54,517 nt of DNA from Balamuthia mandrillaris (GCA_031835245.2 JAVKOQ020000096.1:124001-178517); one strand, 5' to 3'. Counted from the first letter of the stretch, positions 13,098-22,999 are shown. The notes: generated by a model not told the origin, from the letters alone. A program made the numbers and translations.

Positions 13098-14070
13098 TAT
13101 GTATAACTTTTTTTGTTTGTTTTGAAGGTACCAAACGGTGAAAACGCTTGTACAAAACTACATCTTCATTCCTGAGAAATATAAGGATTGCTATCTGACC
13201 TTTTTGTTAAACGAATTCACTGGTATCTTCTCTCTCATTTTTTCCCCCTATTTTCTTTTCCATCTTATCATTCTCGTTTTACTTTATTAAACTGTTTATT
13301 TCTTCTTGAAAGGCAATTCTATCATTGTGTTCGTAGCGACATGTAACGCGGCCCAACGTTTAGCCCTTCTTCTGCGTAACTTGGGCTTTCCAGCGCTGCC
13401 CATCCACGGCAAAATGGATCAGTCGAAGAGAGTCGGCGCTCTCAACACGTTCAAGGCCGGCACTCGCAACATTCTCATCGCCACCGATGTGGCCAGCCGT
13501 GGTCTCGACATTCCCTCCGTCGATCTCATCATCAACTATGACATTCCTCTCAACTCTAAGGTTTGCTTCTTCTGTCCTCCTCTATTTTCTCCGCTTCTCT
13601 CTTTTGGCTACTATTTTTAAGCGCGAGTTGAGAGAGCACGTGTCCTGCAAACGCATCCAGGGACACTGCTTTCCTTTCCTCTCTCGCTGTTCTCTCTGCT
13701 AACAGAGATAATTCTTTGTGTTGGACTACAATAACAGGACTACATCCACCGTGTCGGCAGAACAGCAAGAGCTAACCGAGCGGGCAGAGCCATCGCGATG
13801 GTCACGCAGTACGACGTGGAATACTTTCAGCGCATCGAGAAGCTGATCAACCTGAAACTCGACCTCTTCCCGCTGGAAACCGAGGAGGTTCTGCTGCTGG
13901 AGCAGCGCGTGCTGGAGGCGCAGCGCTTTGCCAGCATGGAACTGCGAGAGATGGGCTGGACGGCCAAAGGGCAGAAGAAAGGCGGGAAAGGGGACAACGA
14001 TGCCGACGACCTCGTCTCTCACACCGTCGTCAAGAAGCGAATGCATCGTAGAAACAATAAGAAGAAATGA
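11676..14070 (+). CDS. DDX47: DEAD-box RNA helicase DDX47/Rrp3, multi-exon
   Basis: Q motif, [54 protein letters not shown]. Confidence 0.92.
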
Positions 14071-14226
14071 AAAGTTTTGGATTACAAAGCTTTTTAAAAA
14101 CATAATTCGTCTACAGACAGAAAAGAGAGAAGACGAGGGAGAGAGAGAAAAAAAAGAGTAATGCTCTTTCTTTTGTTTAAAGGGTGGTTGTTTTTGGAGA
14201 CGAATGAGTGAGAAGAGGTTTTTGTG

Positions 14227-15319
14227 TTAGTTACCCATTGCGTACGTTCTTGTCCACTCTCTCGCTATAAGTTTTTAGAAACAAAAAAAAAAGGAAAATG
14301 GATTAAGAAAGCGGCAAGAAAAATAAAATAAAAAAGGAATAGAAAAAGATAGAGACCTGTGTCAATAGCACCCTTCTCGTTCTTCTTCCAGTGATCAGCA
14401 ATGTCGTTGGCCAGAGGGTCATCGGGGTTAGGGGCAGAGAGGAGAGCTTGGATGGAGAGCAACACGGTTCTGATCTGAAGGGCAGGGCTCCACTTGTCTT
14501 TAAGGATGTCCAAGCAGATCCTTCCCAGGCGGTCCACGTTGGGGTGGTAGATCTTTGTGAGGAACCGAACCTTGGGGGGAGCCATTGGGTACTCCTCCGT
14601 CAAAAACAACTCCAATTTGAAAATACCTCCTGTTATTCGCATGAGAGAGGAGAAGGAGAAGGAGGAGGAGAGAGAGAATGAGTAACGGCACGAAAAAGCA
14701 AAGTTTAAAAATAAAAGAAGTAAGAACAGAGAGAAAGAACGAACACATCATACATAACACAAAGACAACAATGACAACAACAAAAAAAAAGACGAAAGAC
14801 TAAGAACAAACAAAAGAAGAGTCGAAGCAACCAAAAATTAAAAAAAAAAGATTTGAACCTTCATAAGGGGAAGATGTGGGTCCTGCGATAATCACGTCAA
14901 AGTAACGAAGGTTGTCTTCGTGGGGTGTGGCGCTGATACCTGGAGCTATACGAAAAAAAAGAAAAAGGGAGTCAGAACAGACGAAGAGGCGCCGCCGCTA
15001 TTATTTGGTTTTTACTGCACGAACCAGGTTCATTCAGCAAACGTTGTGTTTCCTGTTTAAAATCGTAAGAAGAAAGAGTCAGTATCATTGAATGCTTTTA
15101 TTTTTTTAAATAAAAAAAGTGGGATTTGCAATGTTTTTGGTATTTGCTTTCAATCCATCACTCCAACAAACAAACAAAACACCGAAAGAGTTCTCCCCTT
15201 AAAATTTTGTTTTTTCAAGGGATGTATGTATTCCCCGCCCCCCCACCCCACCAACAAAAATAACAACACACACACAAACAGTAAAAACAAACCTTGATGA
15301 TTCGCCTTGGCAGAGACAT
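14227..15319 (-). CDS. UBC13: Ubiquitin-conjugating enzyme E2 Ubc13/UBE2N, multi-exon
   Basis: MSLPRRIIK / ETQRLLNEP / [14 protein letters not shown] / [51 protein letters not shown] / AREWTRTYA. Confidence 0.95.
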
Positions 15320-15620
15320 GAGTGCTACGCTTTTCTTATCTTAAGTTTTGCAAGAAAAAAGTTCCAAATCAAAACTTCTTCTTGTGCAAGGAAAGAGAGG
15401 GAGAGAACAGAGGACTTCTGCTTACTTTGTTCGCGAAATTGAGGGGTCAATATTTAATTGTCGACCAAAAGAGGAGTCGACAGTATGTAATTGTCGACAA
15501 AAATGAGGACTCGACACGTTCCGTTGTTATTTGTGTCGACAACAGATAGGAGCGCGGACAGGAGATACGGTGATAGACGAGAGCGAGGGAGAGAACAGAG
15601 GGGCAAAGGAGAGGGCGAAG

Positions 15621-18341
15621 TTAAGCCTCTTCGGGCTCGGGGTGTGGGAGCTTGTGTTCGGCGTTGGTGTTTTGGGGCGGGTCGGCGGCCTTTCGGTTGT
15701 GTTGCATGTGGCTCCGTACCAAATGTCCTTCTGCATTGTTTATGACCAAAAAAAAAAGCATTAATAAAACCAAAAACAGAAGTGGAGAAGAGAGAGAGAG
15801 AGAGAGAGAGAGGCGAACCAGCTAAAGCAGCCATAAGAGAGAGTTCACCAGCTAGGACGGTTGTGCAAACGATCTTGGCTAGCTGTGTGGCATTGGCTCC
15901 AGGTTCAGTGGGATGTGCTCCTTGTACTCCCATCAACTCCAAACATGCTTTCTAGTAGTGAAGAAGCATTAATCACTAAGGCTAGAGAGAGAAGAAGAGG
16001 ACTCTCGAAACAAAACGAAATAAAAGGATTGTGCCACTTCTGTCACAGTCTATAAAATAATACATCAGAGTAGACTCTACTATTCAGCGGTCCAGACATA
16101 TTCAATAATTTGGTGTTCATCATGATAACAAGTACCAGAAGAGAAGAGAAGGAACAAAAAAAAGGAGAAGAAAATAAACCTGAGGTGCCAAATGAGTTCC
16201 TCCACCAACAGTTCCAACTTCGATGGAAGGCATCGTGCACGATACATACAAGTCTTTGCCATTTGGCGCACTAAGGAAAGAGAGAATGTTTAGGCTTTTG
16301 TTTGAGGATTGCTCTCTCTCTCTCTCTGAATCTTGTTGAGAAGAAGAAAGAAAAAGGAAGACAGTGAAACGTAACTATTCCATTAAGGTAATGCAGTTGG
16401 AGCTTTCGACGTTCTGAGCGGGATCCTGTCCTGTTGCTATGAAGATGGCTGTCACGACGTTGGAAGCATGTGCGTTGAATCCACCTATTCAAGACCATCA
16501 AGCAACAATAGCAGCAAAGAAAATGTTAACGAAGACAGAAAGAAACAGCACAAGAAAGTTGAAAAGGACGTACCGATGGAACCAGCCATAGCGGAGCCGA
16601 CGAGATTTTTGTTGTTGTTAAGGTCTACCAGAGCGGAGACGGATGTCTTCAATACCGACGCCACCACGTCGGCTTTTATGACGGCCTCGCTCACCACCGA
16701 TTTACCTCTGCCTTCCAACCAGTTGATGGCTGAGGGCTTTTTGTCCGTGCAATAGTTGCCAGAAAGACTTTATATGTAAATGACTTGGTAAGAAAAAAAA
16801 AAATAAAGAATAAAGGAGCAACAAGAAAATGAGGAAAGCGAAAGAGAATCTGTGAGACGAACCTGCCAACTTGTATGTCTGGAAAGTAATCGGAAATGAC
16901 TGTGAGGGCCTTCTCCACTCCTTTGGAAATCATGTTCATGCCCATGGCATCACCAGTTGAGCTTTTGAATCGCAGAAATAAGTTCTTGCCCGCAATACCA
17001 CATTTGATCTGTTCACAAAGAATTGAGAGAGAACATGAGGATCTAAGGAGGATGAGGAGGAGGGGAAGGAGGAGCAGATGCACATACGCTAGATAAACGA
17101 GCAAAGCGACTGGTACTGTTGAAAGCAGAGGCCACAATGTAAAAGTTTTCCTGAACGGCAAGCCAGCTCTTCAGCTCCGCCGCCCTTTTGGCGGAGGGCA
17201 TGCGAATGATCGGTCCTCTGGTCATCCCATCGCCAAACACGGTGGTGTTGGCTCCTCCTGATTGAGTGATTGCTTTGCAGCCGCGGTGGGTGCTGGCAAC
17301 AAGGCAGCCCTCTGTGGTGGCCATAGGTACGCCTACGAGTGCACCGTCGAGGAGTAAGGGACCAACAATACCCACCGGAATGGGCACGTAGCTAGTATTA
17401 TTTATGTAAGTGAGAGAGAGGAGAATACAGGAGGGAGCGAGAGAGCAAAGAAAGAGAGAGAGAGAGAGGGAGAGAGAGCAAGAGAAGAGAGAAGAGAGAG
17501 AGAGAGAGGGAGAGCGGGAGAGAGAGAGGAGAAATAAAGAAGCGAGAAGAAATAAAGAAGCGAGAAGAAAGACCAACCCAATGACATTCTCGCAACAAGC
17601 ACCGTTCACAGCCTTGTAATCATAGTTGTTGAAGGGAAGAGGATTCAGATCCACTTCTTTGCCATCGTTCCTCAGCACACGTCTTACCACATGTTGCCTT
17701 TTTTTAAATTGTTAGATGACAAGAAACAAAACGAGAAAAGTGAACGAGAGAAGCAGACAAGAGAAGAACGAGAGAACAGAGAGAGGAGTGAACAGAGAAG
17801 AGAGAGAACGAGAGAAACTGGGAAGTGGGAAGGAGAGAGAGAAGATGAAGGCATGGAGAAGCAGAAAGTTCAATACCTCCGGATGTTAACAGCCCGCGTA
17901 AGATCGTTCGGCAGATTTTTTTCAAGACTGTGTGCCGAGAGAGTGCCCCGATCGATCATGTCCAACACCTCCTCGTCGCTCTTGTCAGTCACATCCAAAT
18001 GTACTTTCTTTTTTTTGTTTTAAACGTGGGAGTGAATTAGATTTTTTAAAAAAACCACAAAAGAGAGAAGCGCAGCCGATGAAAGATACTTTTGGTTTTG
18101 GTGGAGCCGCTGAGGTGGTCGAGGCTGGATCGTTGTTGTTGACAATGCAGTGATCGGCAGCATAATGGCGTGAAGAAGAAGAAGAAGAAGCAGAAGAGAG
18201 CGAGAGCAAAGAAGAAGTGGAAGATGAGGCGAAAACAGCGGAAGAGGACAGAAGGGAGTGCCGGGAGTGAGACGGTTGTGGCCGGCACCACCTGAACGCG
18301 AGAGGGGAGCGTTGGCTCAGGTTTGTCGCTTGTCGTCTCAT
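15621..18341 (-). CDS. HMGR: HMG-CoA reductase (class I catalytic domain, no membrane domain), multi-exon
   Basis: [69 protein letters not shown]. Confidence 0.95.
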
Positions 18342-18523
18342 CTTTGTGTGTTGTGTTTACGTGTTTGACACCACACAATAAAGATTTAAAAAAAAGCGAA
18401 AAAGTGAAACCGTAAGGGGTCGTTTTGGCTGGAATAACTATCCGGTCTGGCGTCACCGGTGTTAGGAGGGCGACATTAGACACATTCTGCTCGTAATCAT
18501 TGTTCTTTGTTTTTGTCGACCAA

Positions 18524-19101
18524 TCAAAAAACGGTGGGTTTCGCTCCACTCGGTTCTTCTTCTTTCGTTTTCTCATCTTCTTTCTCTTCTTGTTCTTCTT
18601 CTTGTTCTTCTTCTTGTTCTTCTTCCGCTTCTTTGGTATCTTTCTTTGGTGTTTGTTGTTGCTTCGGTTTGTCCTGTTTCGGCATGCTGATGTTGCGAAT
18701 GTTGAACTCATCGAGCTCCGGCCACTCTCCATTGCTAGCTATCGACACACCACAAGCTTTCTTTAAGAGCGAGAAGAAAGCAAATTGTCAGAAGCATAGA
18801 AGAAGAAAGAAAGAAAGAAAGGAAGAAAGAAAGAAAGAAAGAAACGACAAGAAATGACAAGAAACGACAAGAAAGAAAGCAGAGAAGAGGGTTCGATACA
18901 AACCTGGAATATTTCGATGATGATAACGGCTTGTGGGTTAGAGAGGTTGACAGTATGGGGCGGTTTTGGGATAAGCCTCGCGATGCTGGGAATGCAGTCC
19001 TTTCTAGCCACAACATCATTGTGTCGACTTTTGAAGATGATCGAATACTTTTTTTTGTGATCGCTTGTTCAATCGAAGGCCCAAGGGTATGAAGAGCGGA
19101 G

Positions 19102-19149
<48 letters not shown>

Positions 19150-19981
19150 AAAGAAGAGGCAAGAGACAAACCTGCTTGCCGGGTCCTTCAGTGGGAAAGT
19201 GAGCAGGAACAAGCTCTTCAATAGTCGCCACGATCTTCTCCAACCGCGCCGGGCAGGTCTTCTCTATCGGGATCATCCGCACAGCGAACCTCGTCTTCTG
19301 CTCTCCCTTCTTTTTCAGGTCGGCCAGAATGAAGCGCACGAACGGGACTGGCTGGATGCGGTCGTCAGCGAAGCGGATGAGGAGAACGCCCTTCACGCGA
19401 GTGTCCAGGCAGTAGAAGCGCCGCTTGCCCTCCTTCTGTTCTTTTTGGAGGGCGGCCAGCTCTTTGGCGAGGGCGTCGGCCACGGTGGAGGAAGAGGAAC
19501 CGGCTTCTCCTTGGTCGTCTTCATCGGGATACATTATGTCGGCGTACTATTGTTGCTTGTGTGAATAAAGAGGAGAGAGCAGAGAATAGAGAACAGAGAA
19601 CAGAGCAGAGGAGAGGGGAGAGGGCAGAGAAGAAATGAGGGAAGAAGAGAAAAGGGACCTCGTTGAGAAGGTTAAACATTTCGTGGACGCACTCCGACTC
19701 GCGGTTTCGTGCGCACGTCACTAACACACCTTTGTGTCCTTCATCGGGGCTGAAGGGTTTCTATCGAGCACAAAGAAAAGGAGAGCGAAACGCTTTAACA
19801 TACAAAAAAATAAAATAAAATAAAACGGCCAAACATGAAAACGCACCTTTTGTTTGGGGTGCCAAGAATGCCCGCCTTTTCGTTTTTTAGTGGCTCCTCC
19901 ACCGCCTTCCGCACCGTCCTTTCCTTTGCCTTCCTTTCCGCCGCCTGCTGCCGCCTGTTGTTTCCTCTTTTTGTTTTCCAT
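18524..19981 (-). CDS. THUMPD1: THUMP domain-containing protein 1 (Tan1-like tRNA acetylation adaptor), multi-exon
   Basis: GVLVTCARNRESECVHEMFNLLNE, ALAKELAAL, KTRFAVRMIPIEKTC, HTVNLSNPQAVIIIEIF. Confidence 0.85.
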
Positions 19982-20204
19982 CTTTTCTTTCTTTTCTTTC
20001 TTTTCTTTTCTTTCTTTCTTTGCATTCTCCAATTTTTGTGGACATACATTCTTTGCATTCCCTGATATTTGTGGACATTGGCATGCATTCTTGGCATTCG
20101 TCACAGGTTCACGGCCTCGCCAGGTGTGAGAAAGCCAACAACGTATACGCACAGTGGGACATACGGATGTGCAGAGGGAGAACGAAGGGTGAAATCGTTT
20201 GCCG

Positions 20205-20599
20205 GTACCATACCTAAGGCGGCGCAAAGATCATAAGATCTAAGGACAACGAAAAAAGAAATCACGACATTAGTCTTTTGGTCTTCGGTGCCCTCAACCC
20301 GAGTGTGGCTACCAGGCGGATCGAGATGCCAACGCCGCCCGAAACATCTTGATCCGCTTTTTCACTTTACAAGCACTTACCACCTCCTCCTCCTCCTCTG
20401 TGAGGGGGCGGTAGGCGGTAAGGTTGCTTTGGTGCCGGCACCGTTGCTTATAGCGAGTCGTAAGACAAGCCGTGATTAGGCACGCCGGAGGTGGTGGGTT
20501 ATTTTTTGTGTCTGTTTTTTTGTTTTCCTTTTACTAATTTTGCTTTATTTTCGTTGTCCCATGGATCGGCTTGATCTTGGCGCCGCCTTAGTATGGTAC
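20205..20599. repeat. ~395 bp element bounded by ~52 bp imperfect inverted repeats (MITE-like or structured ncRNA)
   Basis: Left arm GTACCATACCTAAGGCGGCGCAAAGATCA...GATC...GGACAACGAAAA (20205-20255) aligns to the reverse complement of 20548-20599 (GTACCATACTAAGGCGGCGCCAAGATCA...GATC...GGACAACGAAAA). The interior has several hairpins. Confidence 0.7.
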
Positions 20600-20764
20600 T
20601 AAGGCGTCATGCAAATGAAAATTGATAAATTACGATAAAATTTTTGTGCAGTTTTTTTTGTGGACAATGGGCTGTATATGGAAAATTTTCTGCTGTATCG
20701 TTCCAATCGACAACATTTTTTTGGCCTTTCTTTCATTACCTCTGCTGCCAGCAATACAGAAGTA

Positions 20765-22218
20765 ATGGAGGAGAAAGCTCCTTTAGAGGTTGTGGAGAAG
20801 AAGGGAGAGGAGGATGAAAGTCAACTCCTTCCCGCCCTTCTCCAACCTTTTGCGCACTCGACCGTCTGCAACCTCTCCAACAAGGGTTTGACCTCTTTGC
20901 CGAGCGCGGTTGAACGGCTGAGCACCAACCCTCAGTGTATTAGACCTCCAATAACAACCAACTTACCTCCTTGCCAAGAGAGTTTGGCAAGCTGACCTCC
21001 CTCACCTGGTGCTTCCTCCGCAACAACAACTTGACGGCTTTGCCCCCTGAGTTTGGCCAGCTCAGTGCCCTGACCCGTTGCAGCCTCTCCAACAACAGGC
21101 TTTCATCATTACCAAGAGACTTTGGCCAGCTCCGTGCTCTCTCCGATTGTAACCTCTCCAACAACAACTTGACGGCTTTGCCCGCTGAGTTTGGCCAGCT
21201 TGGCTCTCTCTCCGACTACGCCTGCCATCATAATCATCTGCAAGCTTTGCCTCCTGAGTTTGGCCAGCTCAGCTCTCTGACCCGCTGCAACCTCTCCCAC
21301 AACAAGCTTTCGTCCTTACCCAGAGAGTTTGGCCAGCTGCATGCTCTCTACGATTGTGACCTCCGAGGAAACGAGCTTTCATCCGTTCCCAGAGAGTTCG
21401 GCCACCTCCGCGCTTTGACCCGCTGCAACCTCTCCTGCAACAAGCTGACCTCCTTGCCAAGAGAGTTTGGCCAGCTCATCGCTCTCTCCGACTGCGATCT
21501 CTGTGGAAACGAGCTTTCATCCGTTCCCAGAGAGTTTGGCCACCTCCGCGCTCTGACCCGCTGCAACCTCTCCTGCAACAAGCTTTCGTTCTTACCCAGA
21601 GAGTTTGGCCAGCTCATCGCCCTCACCTACTGCGACTTGTATGAAAACCCATTGGCAGCACTGCCTTGCACTGTGGCTCAGCTTCTTCCAAGAATGCGAA
21701 TGCATTCCACTCAACCCTTTCATCGGCAGGAAGCGCTTCTCAGCCAAACAGAAGAGAATGATGAAGAGGCGAAGAAGAACCACACTACCGTGAACAGTTT
21801 GAGGCACTTGAGCGGAGAGGCGGTGCTAATGAACAACCTTTTGCCAACAGGCCTGTTGAGGCCTGTTCCAGACTCGCCCTTCGCATGGCTTTCTTCTCCA
21901 CGGAAGGAGAGAACCACAAAACTTCAGAATGGAACAACAACAGAAAGGAAGGAAGGAGGAGAAGGAAGTGTGGAGATTGCCAAAGTCGTGTTGCCAGAAG
22001 AAGTGAAGGAAAGACTGGAAAGGTTACAGAGAAGGTGCGACGTTTGTGAACAGCTGTTTTTGGAGGCAGAGGCGGAGGAGGAGGAAGAAGAAAGCCAGCC
22101 AAGGCAAATTGTGCGAAGGTTTTGGGACCAGGAACGAGGAGTTTGGTGGGAGCTGTTGTGTTGCTGCCAGAGCTGCCGCACCCAGCCGCTGGCTGGCTAT
22201 TCTCTTGCAACGAAGTAG
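20765..22218 (+). CDS. Leucine-rich repeat protein (23-aa repeats) with BC-box-like and C-terminal Cys-rich motifs; apparent frameshift near 20930-20950
   Basis: About 11 repeats of LxxLxxCxLxxNxLxxLPxEFGx; SLRHLSGEAVL; CDVC...CCCQSC. The N-terminal frame (ATG 20765) joins the 20971 frame only after removing two single bases. Confidence 0.8.
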
Positions 22219-22268
22219 AAGTAGTTCCTTTGCTTTTTCTTTTTTTTTGTGTGTTATTATTAAAAACA

Positions 22269-22276
22269 TCCCACAA
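22269..22276 (+). promoter_or_regulatory. DUSE-like upstream element (TCCCACAA)
   Basis: Matches the Dictyostelium snRNA/Class I RNA upstream element (WCCCAHAA type), ~61 nt before the predicted RNA 5' end at 22338. Mirrored in the paralog. Confidence 0.65.
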
Positions 22277-22337
22277 TGGGACGGTTGCTGTCCGTAGGTT
22301 TCGCTCAAATGGCTGCCGGGAGGCAAGAGGAAACCTC

Positions 22338-22491
22338 GGGAAAGTGAACGGTTTGAGTGCTGCTCACCCTGTGATGTCGCTACTTCGAAAAATAGTCTAT
22401 TTGGAAAGATTCTTGATTGTCACTCAAGCGGATGGGGTTCGATTCCCCATTTTTCACCCCAGCGACGCACGCTGCCACTCCTTCACCTTCC
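22338..22491 (+). ncRNA. Long-hairpin RNA with apical tRNA cloverleaf (22386-22457), anticodon GTC (Asp-like)
   Basis: CGAAAAA-TA-GTCT-ATTTGGAA-AGAT-T-CTTGA-TTGTCAC-TCAAG-CGGA-TGGGG-TTCGATT-CCCCA-TTTTTCA. Flanks pair: GTGATGTCGCT/AGCGACGCAC, GAGTG/CACTC, GGAAAGTGAA/TTCACCTTCC. T-rich tail follows. Confidence 0.75.
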
Positions 22492-22551
22492 TTCCTTTCT
22501 TTTTTCTTGTTTTTCTTCTGTTCTTTTTTTTTTTGGAAAAAAAACTCTACG

Positions 22552-22583
<32 letters not shown>

Positions 22584-22769
22584 ATGTTAAATGCTGGGTC
22601 AACTCGCTGCTGAGTAGCAGGTAAAGTTGATTTCCATGGGATTTCTGCAAGACCAATACTGCATTTTGTTGTGAAAAAGAGTCCTGTGGGGGTTTGCCAA
22701 AGGGGGTGTAGCGACTTGCGCTGTTTGCTCATTCTTCTTCTTCCTTTGCTTTCTGCGAAAGAAATAATA

Positions 22770-22777
22770 ACCCATAA
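22770..22777 (+). promoter_or_regulatory. DUSE-like upstream element (ACCCATAA)
   Basis: Same motif ~59 nt before the predicted 5' end at 22837, in otherwise largely diverged upstream sequence. Confidence 0.65.
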
Positions 22778-22836
22778 TTATTCCGTAGCGCATTCTTCCT
22801 TGCGTTGAAGATGGTTGTGCAATGAAAGGAAACCTC

Positions 22837-22999
22837 GGGAAAGTGAACGGCTTGAGTGCTGCTAACACACACAATACGGTGATGTCGCTACTTCGAAAAA
22901 TAGTCTATTGGAAAGATTCTTGATTTGGGTTCAAGCGCACGGGGTTCGATTCCCCGTTTTTCGCCCCGGCGACGCACGCTGCCACTCCTTCACTTTTCC
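22837..22999 (+). ncRNA. Long-hairpin RNA with apical tRNA cloverleaf (22894-22964), anticodon TGG (Pro-like)
   Basis: CGAAAAA-TA-GTCT-ATTGGAA-AGAT-T-CTTGA-TTTGGGT-TCAAG-CGCA-CGGGG-TTCGATT-CCCCG-TTTTTCG. Outer stems as in copy 1 (GGGAAAGTGAA/TTCACTTTTCC). T-run follows. Confidence 0.75.

Noticed and set aside
20020..20100. Short imperfect tandem duplication (TTTGTGGACAT...CATTCTT.GCATTC) upstream of THUMPD1
   Set aside because: Only about two degenerate copies; real, but no function can be supported.
20291..20300. CCCTCAACCC as a telomerase RNA template
   Set aside because: It does not match a TTAGGG template, the organism's telomere repeat is not visible here, and no DUSE-like element is seen at the expected distance.
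20971..21640. CRISPR-like or DGR-like array in the LRR (and ankyrin) repeats
   Set aside because: The repeats are in-frame protein-coding units without spacers; no cas or reverse transcriptase gene and no adenine-specific variation.
22386..22964. Calling the two cloverleafs ordinary tRNA-Asp and tRNA-Pro genes
   Set aside because: They have near-identical bodies with different anticodons, an A5/T5 acceptor stem, a C1-A72 mismatch in copy 1, and conserved base-paired flanks, none of which fits standard cytosolic tRNA genes.
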